64,000 nucleotides of DNA from an uncultured beta proteobacterium (GTDB lineage: Bacteria; Pseudomonadota; Gammaproteobacteria; Burkholderiales; Burkholderiaceae_F): assembly GCA_963746085.1 (NCBI GenBank), contig CAVVAI010000008.1, positions 291,777 through 355,776 on the forward strand, written 5' to 3'. A model generated the notes under the pieces. That model was not told the DNA's origin, made no database searches, and saw only the letters and a list, made by a program, of their open reading frames with translations. The translations under genes were made by a program, and so were the position numbers. Shown here piece after piece: positions 33,771 through 44,121 of the stretch. Numbering within the stretch: position 1 is the stretch's first letter; every line of letters starts with the position of its first letter.

Positions 33771-34706
33771 ATGGAATTCTTCAAGATCCGCCGCACGATT
33801 CCGTTCATGCGGTACTCGCTGATATTGAACGCGATCTCCGCGATCTCGTTCCTTGTCGCGGTCGGGTTCCTGGTGTTTCGCGGACTGAACCTGTCGATCG
33901 AGTTCACCGGCGGCACGGTAATGGAAGTTGCCTATCAGGAGGCCGCGCAGCTCGAGCGAATTCGGGGCGCAATCGAGCAGCAAGGTGGCGGCGAGTTTCA
34001 GGTGCAGAACTTCGGCACCTCGCGCGATGTGCTGATTCGCCTGCCGCTGCAACCGGGCTTCACGTCCGGGCAGCAGGCCGAGCGTGTGATGGAAACGTTG
34101 CGCGCACAAACGCCCAACGTCGAACTGCGCCGCGTCGAGTTTGTGGGGCCACAGGTCGGTGCCGAGCTTGCGCAAGATGGCCTTCTTGCTTTGCTGATGG
34201 TCGTGATCGGCATCATGGTCTACCTCGCATTCCGCTTCGAGTGGAAGTTCTCGGTCGCAGCGATCGTTGCCAACCTGCACGATGTGATCCTGGTCGTCGG
34301 CATGTTCTCGATCTTCGGCTGGGAATTTTCTCTGCCGGTGCTGGCGGCGGTGCTTGCGGTGCTCGGTTACTCGGTCAACGAATCGGTGATCATCTTCGAT
34401 CGCGTGCGCGAGCATTTCAAGAAGATGCGCCGCGCCAGCGTGGTCGAAGTGATCGATTCGGCGATCACGGCCACCATTTCGCGCACGATCATCACGCATG
34501 GCTGCACGTTGGCGATGGCGTTGTCGATGCTGTTCTTCGGCGGGCCCGCGCTGCACTACTTCGCACTGGCGCTGACGATCGGCATCCTGTTCGGGATTTA
34601 TTCGTCGGTCTTCGTTGCGGCGGCGATCGCGATGTATCTCGGCGTCAAGCGCGAAGACCTCGTCAAACCCGTCAAACGCGAGGACGAACAGCAAATCGTT
34701 CCCTAA
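33771..34706 (+). CDS. secF: protein translocase subunit SecF
   Basis: 'MEFFKIRRTIPFM', 'LSIEFTGGT', 'YSVNESVIIFDRVRE'. 311 aa. Confidence 0.93.
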   Translation: MEFFKIRRTIPFMRYSLILNAISAISFLVAVGFLVFRGLNLSIEFTGGTVMEVAYQEAAQLERIRGAIEQQGGGEFQVQNFGTSRDVLIRLPLQPGFTSGQQAERVMETLRAQTPNVELRRVEFVGPQVGAELAQDGLLALLMVVIGIMVYLAFRFEWKFSVAAIVANLHDVILVVGMFSIFGWEFSLPVLAAVLAVLGYSVNESVIIFDRVREHFKKMRRASVVEVIDSAITATISRTIITHGCTLAMALSMLFFGGPALHYFALALTIGILFGIYSSVFVAAAIAMYLGVKREDLVKPVKREDEQQIVP

Positions 34707-34717
34707 GGTGCTCGATC

Positions 34718-35386
34718 ATGAGGGATCTGAGCCCGCGGACTCGCATCTGGGATCTGCCCACGCGGCTGTTTCACTGGCTACTGGCCGCGCTGGCCATCTT
34801 TTCCTTCACGACTGGCAAGCTTGGCGGCGACTGGCTCACCTGGCACTTCCGCTCGGGCTACGCAATCGCATCGCTGTTGCTTTTTCGATTGCTGTGGGGC
34901 TTCGTAGGCTCGCGCTATGCGCGGTTTGCGAGTTTTCTGCCGTCGCCGTCTCGCATCTGGCGCACGCTCCTTTCGACTGGTTCCGATGGTTTGCCTGCCA
35001 GCGCCGGGCACAGCGCAGTCGGGACGCTGTCGGTGTATGCGCTGCTGATCGTGCTCGCCGTGCAGATCTCCACCGGCGTGTTCACCAACGACGGCAGCTT
35101 TAACGAAGGGCCGTGGGTCAAGTTCATCTCCAGCGCGCTGAGCGATCGTTTATCGACGGTGCATTACTACAACCACTGGTTGGTAGTCGGCCTGACCGTG
35201 TTGCATGTCGCCGCAATCGGGTTTTATCTGCTGGTCCGGCGCCACGACTTGATCACGCCGATGCTCACTGGAGACAAGCTCGGATTGGCGGCGCCCGCAG
35301 CCGAGGATGGCGCGGCGATACGACTGCGGGCCGCCGTGCTGGCGATCGTCGCCGCCGGGGTCGTTTCTTATCTGGTTACGTTGTAA
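34718..35386 (+). CDS. cytochrome b (b561 / Ni-hydrogenase b-type subunit family) membrane protein
   Basis: ATG at 34718. 'RIWDLPTRLFHWLLAALAIFSFTTG' and 'HYYNHWLVVGLTVLHVAAIGF' are His-bearing TM helices typical of PF01292. Confidence 0.75.
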   Translation: MRDLSPRTRIWDLPTRLFHWLLAALAIFSFTTGKLGGDWLTWHFRSGYAIASLLLFRLLWGFVGSRYARFASFLPSPSRIWRTLLSTGSDGLPASAGHSAVGTLSVYALLIVLAVQISTGVFTNDGSFNEGPWVKFISSALSDRLSTVHYYNHWLVVGLTVLHVAAIGFYLLVRRHDLITPMLTGDKLGLAAPAAEDGAAIRLRAAVLAIVAAGVVSYLVTL

Positions 35387-35402
35387 GCGCGCGAAGTCAG
35401 GA

Positions 35403-35564
35403 TCAAAAGTCAGGCTGGCGTCGCACGACGCGCGCGACGCTGCCAATCTTGGCCGACTCGATGCGCCAGACCGCGGCTACCTGGGCCGTGTCATCCAGTT
35501 CCCGGTCCGGCCCTTCCATGTAGCCATGGAGGGTCGCACGGACCTGCCAGAAAAATTTCCTCAT
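35403..35564 (-). pseudogene. possible truncated remnant of a RibD_C/dihydrofolate-reductase-like family gene
   Basis: 53-codon ORF 'MRKFFWQVRATLHGYMEGPDRELDD...' resembles the N-terminus 'MRK....M.VSLDGY..GP.GE.DW' of ~180-aa family members, then diverges and stops. Below the ORF-track cutoff. Confidence 0.35.
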
Positions 35565-35571
35565 GATCCTG

Positions 35572-36000
35572 CTACGGCTGCTTCGCTTTGTTCAATTCCG
35601 CCTGCGCCCAAAGACGCTTTTCCTGCGCGCGGAGCTCGGGCGTGAACTCGGCGCCGAAATCTTCGGCTTCGAAAACGGGTCGCAGTTCGACTTCTCCATC
35701 CCGGAACGGACTGCGCTTGATCCATTCGACCGCCTCATCCATCGAGCGCACCTGCCAGATCCAGAAGCCGGCGACGAGTTCCTTCGTCTCGGTAAACGGC
35801 CCGTCGATGACCGTGCGTTTGGATCCGGCAAACCGGACCCGCTTGCCTTTCGAGGTCGGGTGCAGCCCCTCACCGGCCAGCATCACGCCGGCTTTGACCA
35901 GCTCTTCGTTGAACTTGCCCATCTCGGTCAGTACCTGCGTGCTCGGCATCACGCCGGCTTCCGACTCCGCGGTGGACTTGACTAGCACCAGAAATTTCAT
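35572..36000 (-). CDS. YCII-related domain protein
   Basis: ATG at 36000. 'MKFLVLVKS...MGKFNEELVKAGVML.GEGL....G.RV.F......V.DGPF.E.KEL.AGFW' is the classic YCII/DGPF pattern. Confidence 0.85.
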   Translation of the reverse strand: MKFLVLVKSTAESEAGVMPSTQVLTEMGKFNEELVKAGVMLAGEGLHPTSKGKRVRFAGSKRTVIDGPFTETKELVAGFWIWQVRSMDEAVEWIKRSPFRDGEVELRPVFEAEDFGAEFTPELRAQEKRLWAQAELNKAKQP

Positions 36001-36126
36001 TGACGTATCTCCATAGGATTGGGGTGGAGCTGGCTCGATCAGCGCCGCTTCGTCGGGCTCGACGCCGGCGGAAGTCATAGTGCGGCGGCGGCGCACTCAT
36101 CCGCAACGTACGCGCTGCCCGCCCGC

Positions 36127-36486
36127 TCATACGTCGACGAATATCTTGAATCCACCAAAGAACATGCGCTTGGCGTCGAACGGCAGCGACTTCGGATCCA
36201 TCATGTCGGCCAGTCGCGGATCCTTCATGACCTTGGCGTTGACGCGGTCGCGCTGCGCGCGCGACTTGTAGGTGATCCAAGAGAACACGACGACTTCGTC
36301 ACGCTTCAGTTTGACGCTCTGCGGGAAGGAGGTGACCTTTCCCACTTTAACGTCGTCGCCGACACACTCCTTGTATTCGATGGCGCCGTATTCGCGCCAG
36401 ACCTTGCCCGCCTTCGCCGACAGCTTCTTGTATGCAGTCAGATTCTTTTTTGGTACCGGCACCACAAATCCGTCTACGTAGCTCAT
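36127..36486 (-). CDS. DUF1428 family protein
   Basis: ATG at 36486. 'MSYVDGFVVPVPKKNL.AYKKL..KAGKVWREYGA.EY.EC' is typical of DUF1428. Confidence 0.8.
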   Translation of the reverse strand: MSYVDGFVVPVPKKNLTAYKKLSAKAGKVWREYGAIEYKECVGDDVKVGKVTSFPQSVKLKRDEVVVFSWITYKSRAQRDRVNAKVMKDPRLADMMDPKSLPFDAKRMFFGGFKIFVDV

Positions 36487-36515
36487 TACTGCTCCAGGAT
36501 TAGTAAATTGATTGC

Positions 36516-36929
36516 TCAGACGGCGATCGGACCGGCGTTGATCATCCAAGGCGTGCCGAAACGGTCGGTCACCATGCCGAACGCTTCTGCCCAGAACGTC
36601 TTCTCCAAAGGCATCGTTATTTGGCCGCCCTTAGCCAACGCGTCAAACACCGGCTTGCCATCGGCCCCTTTTGGATAGTTCAGTGCGACCGATATACCTT
36701 TGACTCCCTCGAAGGGCGCCCATGGCCCGGCGTCCGACGCCATCAGCGACTGGCCGTTCACCGTCAGGCACGCATGCATGATCTTGTCGCCATGACCCGC
36801 CGGAATCTCATCGCGCATCGGCGATGAACCGAACGTCGTCATGTCGAGCTTGCCTCCGAACGTGCGCTCGTAAAAGCGCATCGCTTCCGCACAGTTACCG
36901 TCGAAAGTCAGGTACGGGTTCATTTGCAT
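36516..36929 (-). CDS. VOC/PhnB-like (3-demethylubiquinone-9 3-methyltransferase domain) protein
   Basis: 'MNPYLTFDGNCAEAMRFYE..FGG.........IMHA.L...G..LMASD....FG..WMIN'. Confidence 0.8.
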   Translation of the reverse strand: MQMNPYLTFDGNCAEAMRFYERTFGGKLDMTTFGSSPMRDEIPAGHGDKIMHACLTVNGQSLMASDAGPWAPFEGVKGISVALNYPKGADGKPVFDALAKGGQITMPLEKTFWAEAFGMVTDRFGTPWMINAGPIAV

Positions 36930-37020
36930 GGCAAATTCCTTTCTGGTGGTGGATCGGGACTACTGGCAAAACCATGTCGCGTTTTCGAATGTGTTCCGTT
37001 TCGGCGCCTGGCGGCGCACG

Positions 37021-37473
37021 TTATCCGAACGAGGCGACTCCTCTCGCCATCAATGCCGCGAACAGAATCATCAGCGCAGCTGCGATCAATTCCCAGTGAA
37101 TCACTGCGCGGATCAAACGCAGTTTGCGCTCCGGCACGACCGGTGCGCGTCCCTGTCTCTGATGCTTTCGCCAGGATAGGAATTCAACGGTGGGATAAAT
37201 CGAGAGCACCGCAACTATGAAGAACAGCGTGACCTTGGCGATGAACGGAACGCTATGGAAGTAGTAGGGCGCGCCCTTTTCGAAGTAGAACACGCGAAGA
37301 AAGCCAACCACCAAAATCGTGCCTGCCGAAACGCCAAGAGCCAGATCGGCGAGCTGCAGCTGGCGCGCGCGCTGCATCGTCAGTTCGCCCTTTATAAGGA
37401 CAACTTCGACGGTAAGAGCAGCAACCAGGGCGAACGCTGCGATGTGATGCGCAAACGCAAACAACCAGCTCAT
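37021..37473 (-). CDS. DUF2214 family membrane protein
   Basis: 150 aa, 4 TM segments. 'FAHHIAAFALVAALTVEVVLI' N-terminus as in DUF2214. Confidence 0.65.
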   Translation of the reverse strand: MSWLFAFAHHIAAFALVAALTVEVVLIKGELTMQRARQLQLADLALGVSAGTILVVGFLRVFYFEKGAPYYFHSVPFIAKVTLFFIVAVLSIYPTVEFLSWRKHQRQGRAPVVPERKLRLIRAVIHWELIAAALMILFAALMARGVASFG

Positions 37474-37898
37474 AAATGCATCGTTCTTGTCCCAAGTTTC
37501 GCGCAGATTGCCCGTTGCGCTGCGCAGATTTCAATTGAAACAACGGCGCGGCGTTGCAACTGAAACGACAGAGTCGTGCGACGGAAACGAGCGAGCAATG
37601 AATCGGCGCCACTATCCCTCGCGAGCCAGGACGCTTGAGTGAAGAGGAATGCAAATGGGACAAAAAAGTAGTTTGGCAACGCTCAACGACTTCATGCACG
37701 CCGTCGTAATCAGCGGTGCGCTGGCCGTAACGGCGCTTGGCTTGTTCGACGAGTTGTTCAGCTTCCGCGGCGAGGACGTGCTCACGGTGGCCGCCTCCGC
37801 GGTGTCGGGCGCTTCACTTGCATACGCCGCGACTCTCGCGCACCCCTTGCCTGCAGCTGAAAAGGCAGCGCTAACGTGCCGCCGCGCGGATCTCGCGA

Positions 37899-38366
37899 CT
37901 ATTTCGCTCTGAAGTCGTCGTGGCAGTTATCGCAGCTTTTCGCGACAGCATTGAATTGAGTCCGGATCGCGGCGGCGTCCCCGGTCTTGGCAACCGAGTT
38001 CAGCTTGGCGGTTTCTTCCTGCATCTTTTGCGCAAGGTCTTTGGCCTTGGCTTCATTTTTGAACAGAGCGGGCAAAGCGCGTGTATCGGCCACCATCTCC
38101 GTATCGGGCGAAAACGCGTCCCATGGGAGCTTCGACATCGACTCGACCGTTTGCGCACTGGACTGAATCACCTGCATGTTTGGATTCGGTGACTTCAGCT
38201 GCCTGAAAATGCGTCCCATGTGGCTGTTCATCACGGTGAACGCAGCTTTCCGATACTTGACTGCATCTTCGGGCTTGGCGTACTGCGCGGCCACCGGCCA
38301 GGTGACGGCGGCACCGATCGCAATGCAGGCAGCCGCGCATGCGACCTTCACGTGTCGATGCATCAC
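37899..38366 (-). CDS. cytochrome c' (class II cytochrome c)
   Basis: Signal peptide, four-helix-bundle-length protein. C-terminal heme site 'CDNCHDDFR'. Confidence 0.88.
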   Translation of the reverse strand: MMHRHVKVACAAACIAIGAAVTWPVAAQYAKPEDAVKYRKAAFTVMNSHMGRIFRQLKSPNPNMQVIQSSAQTVESMSKLPWDAFSPDTEMVADTRALPALFKNEAKAKDLAQKMQEETAKLNSVAKTGDAAAIRTQFNAVAKSCDNCHDDFRAK

Positions 38367-38419
38367 TATTCCTTGGCGTTTTCTAAAAGGTGAGTCGAAA
38401 GCTTAACGAAGCGTCGAGC

Positions 38420-39818
<1,399 letters not shown>

Positions 39819-39974
39819 TGCGGCGCGTGTGCTAAACGTGTAGAACTTTCAGAGGCGGCGGAGTGTAGCAAAGGCGCATCGTTGTTCCCGCGTAATCGGC
39901 GTGTGGCATTCCGTTGCTATTGCCGGTTGGCGCGCCGTCGATATACTGCTTTCCCGTCGTTTTCTGCGTGCAAC

Positions 39975-40598
39975 GTGTCCAAGACCATCCGCTTGATCGG
40001 TTCGCTTGCCAGCCCCTACGTACGCAAGGTACGCATCGTGATGGCGGAAAAACGACTGGAGTACCAGTTGGAGCTGGAAGACGTTTGGTCGCCCGACACG
40101 TCCATCCATGACGCCAACCCGCTGGGAAAGGTGCCTTGCCTGATCATGGAGGATGGCGGCGCCCTATTCGACTCTCGCGTGATCGTCGAGTATCTGGATA
40201 CGCTGACACCCGTGGCGAAGCTGATCCCGCCCAACGGGCGCGAGCGCGCGGAAGTGCGGACGTGGGAAGCGCTGGCCGACGGCGTGATGGATGCGTCGAT
40301 TCTCGTTCGACTCGAACAAACGCAGCGCCCCCCCGAGCAGCAAAGCCAAAAGTGGACCGATCGGCAGATGGACAAGGTGCATGCCGCCGTGGCCTCGATG
40401 GACCATGGCCTGGCGGACAAGCCGTGGTGCAATGGGCACGCGTATTCGCTGGCCGATATCGCAGTGGGATGCGCCTTGGGGTATCTGGACTTTCGCTTCA
40501 AGCACATCAATTGGCGCGGCGCGCATCCGAATCTGGCGCGCCATTACGAAAAACTCGCGGCGCGCCCCTCATTTATCGACACGCAGCCGCCCGGCTAG
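39975..40598 (+). CDS. glutathione S-transferase family protein
   Basis: GTG at 39975 gives '(M)SKTIRLIGSLASPYVRKVRIVMAEK'. 'GKVPCLIMEDGGALFDSRVIVEYL' is the GST N-domain, followed by an alpha-helical C-domain. Confidence 0.82.
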   Translation: MSKTIRLIGSLASPYVRKVRIVMAEKRLEYQLELEDVWSPDTSIHDANPLGKVPCLIMEDGGALFDSRVIVEYLDTLTPVAKLIPPNGRERAEVRTWEALADGVMDASILVRLEQTQRPPEQQSQKWTDRQMDKVHAAVASMDHGLADKPWCNGHAYSLADIAVGCALGYLDFRFKHINWRGAHPNLARHYEKLAARPSFIDTQPPG

Positions 40599-41391
40599 CG
40601 GACTCGGCGGCTAGATCAGCGGGGATGCGGTCGATCGCATCCGTGCAGAACGCGTCGACGCCCCAGCTAAAAGCGTTCGTGCGCGCTGCGGCGAATTCAC
40701 CGTGTAGCAGAAGAGCCAGGTGCCGGCGCGCTTTATCTGGTGCGCCTGTTGGCCCGTCAGGTGGCGATGATTGGTGTGTAGCGACACGCAACTTCAGGCG
40801 CGCCATTTCTTTGTGCCACTCTGGCGGCACCAGGTCCACCAGCCAACCGCGCGGCAGGTCCGGCGCCACCTCGCGCGCTGCGATCAGCGCCGCAGGGGCA
40901 AACGAAGACAGCAATGGCACGCAAGCGTCGACTTGATCTGCGCGCGTCGCCGCCGGGCCGCATCAGATCCGCATAGACCTCCGCGGTCACCCGCGCCACG
41001 GCTGCGCCGGTCGCCGCTTCAAAGCCGGCGCCTGGCTTGATCTCGATATTCGGCCAGATGTCATGCTCGCGGCAAAAGCGCAGCGTTCGCTGCAGCGTCG
41101 GCACCGTCTCGCCGATGAAGCGCGCCGAATGCCAGCCGCCGACGTCGATCCGCTCAAGCTCCGCTGCACTCCGCTCGCTGACCGCGCCAACGGTGAGCGC
41201 GGTGCGCTCGAGCGTCGGGTCGTGCATCAGCACCGGCACGTCATCGACAGCCAGCATCGCGTCGAACTCAACGCCGCGATACCCGCGCTCGAGCCCACTC
41301 TTATCGCCGCAATCGTGTTCTCCGGTGCCAGCGCACCGCCGCCGCGATGCGCGAGCACGCGTGGGTACGGCCACGCGGCCGCACGACTCAT
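40573..41391 (-). pseudogene. ugpQ: glycerophosphodiester phosphodiesterase, at least 4 frameshifts
   Basis: '[30 protein letters not shown]' starts at ATG 41391. '[26 protein letters not shown]' follows a switch at about 41294-41296. 'PLLSSFAPAALIAAREV' follows a switch at about 40950. 'LHTNHRHLTGQQAHQIKRAG..YTVNSPQRA' follows a switch at about 40780. 'SWGVDAFCTDAIDRIP' follows a switch at about 40675. The conserved motifs are spread over three frames. Confidence 0.82.
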
Positions 41392-41912
41392 GCCGGATTC
41401 TCCATTGGACGAGAATCCCGCTTGCGCCGGATATAAATGACTTTCTCGACGCGCGCGACCACCATGCCTTCGTCATCCTTGATATCGATGTTAAACAGGT
41501 GCAGATGCTTGTCGCCCGCCTCGGTCATGCGCCGAATCTGTTCCAGATCGACCTCATTCAGATCGAAGCGTGCCCAAACGCGACCGCGGCCGGGCGCGAG
41601 GTAGTCGATCGATCCCGACTTGTCCCACACGCGATACTGAGCCCCCAGAATGTGAGACAGCATCACCATCAGAAACGGATCGGTCATCGCATACAGCGAT
41701 CCGCCGAAATGGGTGCCGACGTAGCTTCGATTCGACCAGCGCAGTCGCATGTCGACGGTGACGCTGCGAAAGTCGGGCGCGATGTGGCGTACGCGAATGC
41801 CCGCGCCCATGAACGGCGGCCATATGTTCATCAACACGCGCAGCATTCCGGGCGAAAGTTTGCGTAGCATCGCGCAAAGTGTAGGCAATCGCCGCCCATC
41901 GACCACGTTCAA
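41388..41912 (-). CDS. DUF4442 / hotdog-fold thioesterase-like protein
   Basis: '[17 protein letters not shown]...[16 protein letters not shown]' is YiiD C-terminal-like. The true start may be the internal 'MLRKLS'. Its stop overlaps the ugpQ ATG. Confidence 0.7.
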   Translation of the reverse strand: MNVVDGRRLPTLCAMLRKLSPGMLRVLMNIWPPFMGAGIRVRHIAPDFRSVTVDMRLRWSNRSYVGTHFGGSLYAMTDPFLMVMLSHILGAQYRVWDKSGSIDYLAPGRGRVWARFDLNEVDLEQIRRMTEAGDKHLHLFNIDIKDDEGMVVARVEKVIYIRRKRDSRPMENPA

Positions 41913-43133
41913 TGAAATCCCTCGGCCATCTGCGTGTGCTCGACTTGACGCGCGTGCTTGCGGGGCCGTGGTGTACGCAACTGCTGGCTGACCTCGGCGC
42001 CGAAGTGATCAAGATCGAGCGGCCGGGCAGCGGCGACGACACACGCGCGTGGGGGCCGCCGTACCTGAAGAACTCCGACGGCGCGGACACGTCGGAAGCT
42101 GCCTACTATCTGTCGGCCAATCGCGGCAAGCGTTCGGTCACGATCGACATTTCCAGACCGCGAGGGCCAGTCGCTGCTGCACAAGCTCGCGGACAGTGCG
42201 ACATGCGTCGTCGAGAACTACAAGGTCGGGCAGCTCGCGAAATACGGTCTCGACTACGCGCACTGACGGAAATCAATCCGGGGTTGATCTACTGCTCGAT
42301 CACCGGCTTCGGGCAGACCGGGCCGTATCGGATGCGCGCCGGCTACGACTTCATGATGCAGGGCATGGGCGGCTTCATGTGCATTACCGGCGAGCGCGAC
42401 GACCGCCCCGGCGGCGGGCCGCAAAAGGCCGGCGTCGCGGTGTCCGATCTGATGACCGGAATGTATTCGGCGGTGGCGATCCTCGCCGCGGTGACGCATC
42501 GCGAACGCAAGCGGCGAAGGGCAGCACATCGACATGGCACTCTACGACGTGATGATCGCGATGCTCGCGAACATGAACATGAATTACCTGACGTCCGGCA
42601 AGGCGCCGGGCCGCGCCGGTAACGCACATCCGAACATCGTGCCGTATCAGGTATTTGCAGCCGCCGACGGCCACGTGGTCGTCGCAGTGGGCAACGATTC
42701 GCAGTTCGTCAAATTCTGCGAAGTCGCGGGCACGCCGCGCCTGGCCACCGACGCGCGTTACCGGCGCAACGCGGATCGCGTTCGCAATCGCGAGATTCTG
42801 GTCGGCGAACTCGAATCGATCGTGGGCGCCAAGCCGGTGGCATTCTGGACCGAGCACCTGGACGCGGCCGGCGTCCCTTGCGGCGCCATCAACGACATCG
42901 CACACGCACTTGCAGATCCTCAGGTCGCTGCGCGCCAACTACGGGTCGATCTCGCACACGCGTTGGCCGGGCAGGTCCCCATGGTCGCAAATCCGATCAA
43001 GATGACGGCGACGCCGCCGAGTTACGAGCTGCCGCCGCCGATGCTCGGCGAGCACACTGCCAGCGTGCTGCGCGAATACGCAGGCATCGACGCAGAGCAA
43101 CTGCACTCTCTGAAGTCGCGCGGGATCGTCTGA
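41912..43133 (+). pseudogene. CaiB/BaiF family CoA-transferase, 3 frameshifts
   Basis: 'LRVLDLTRVLAGPWCTQLLADLGAEVIKIERPG.GDDTR.WGPP' runs to '..VTIDISRP'. After +1 at about 42161, 'EGQSLLHKLADS..VVENYKVGQLAKYGLDYA'. After -1 at about 42260, 'LTEINPGLIYCSITGFGQTGPY..RAGYDFMMQGMGG'. After +1 at about 42510, 'GEGQHIDMALYDV...NAHPNIVPYQVF' (ORF 42534..43133). Confidence 0.85.
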
Positions 43134-43421
43134 TTGCCTGCGTTGCATTTCAAAATTGCCGGCCAGGTGCAAGGCGTCGGTTTTCGCTATGCGATGTGCA
43201 ACGAGGCGCGCCGGCTGCGGTTGGCGGGGTGGGTGCGAAATTGCAGCGATGGCAGCGTCGAGGCAGTCGCCGTCGGCCAAGAAGCAGCACTTCAACGTCT
43301 GGCGCAGTGGGCCCAGCATGGACCTCCTGGGGCCAGCGTCGACGGCGTTCATGTCTGCGCGGCCAGCGATGCGCAGGCCGCCGACGCCGACGAGCCTTTC
43401 AACCAGCGTTCAAGCGCCTGA
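43134..43421 (+). CDS. acyP: acylphosphatase
   Basis: 'HFKIAGQVQGVGFRYAMCNEARRLRLAGWVRNCSDGSVEAV' is the acylphosphatase signature. TTG start is uncertain. Confidence 0.8.
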   Translation: MPALHFKIAGQVQGVGFRYAMCNEARRLRLAGWVRNCSDGSVEAVAVGQEAALQRLAQWAQHGPPGASVDGVHVCAASDAQAADADEPFNQRSSA

Positions 43422-44121
43422 AATACTGGGCTCGGAGTGCGAATTGGTCAATGCAGTGAAGCACATGTTGAACATTCATAGCTACGCGAACGCAGCAATT
43501 GAACAGCGACGGTACTCAGCGTCTCGCTGAGCACAAGCAAAACCTGCTCATCGTCAGAGTTATCGCAAGTCTCTGCTTCCTCACGTTAACGTTACTTGGC
43601 AGTTTGAGCTGGACTTAGGACAGGCATTAGACGATGTTCTGACCCCAAAGATCGAAGCGCTCGAGAAAAGCACAAAGAGCTCCTTCCTTGAGAAAGCGCT
43701 CATCCCCAGCGGACTAACGCTTGGTGCCGGAGCCGTCGTGCTGTCCGCCACTCAAATCTTTCCCGCCACGGCGGCGGCGGGCGACCTGCTGACACCCGCG
43801 GCTTGGCTGGCGGACAAGCTATACAAGCGATACAAAGGCTCGGGCCGCACGGATCGTCGACTGTTGGAAGGATTCATCACGTTTCGCAGCATGTCGCAGC
43901 CCACGCACCACATCGCAGTGACACGGAAACGGCAGATCCCCGACGAGCGGACAGGCGATAGACCGTCCGATATTCAACGCGAATGACCTTGCCGCTTCTT
44001 GCCTTATAGTCGAAGCGTACCTAGTCTGTTCCCTAGTCCCGCACTCGCGGCGTTAAACGCGTTGCTCGCACCTGGTGGCAAAGGAATCGGCGTAGCGAAC
44101 GAATCCAGCGAGGACTCAAGG

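Noticed and set aside
37649-37912. 87-aa ORF 'MQMGQKSSLATLNDF...' converging on and overlapping the cytochrome c' gene.
   Set aside because: No RBS, no family resemblance and an Ala-rich composition. It overlaps the 3' end of a well-supported gene. Kept only as a remark.
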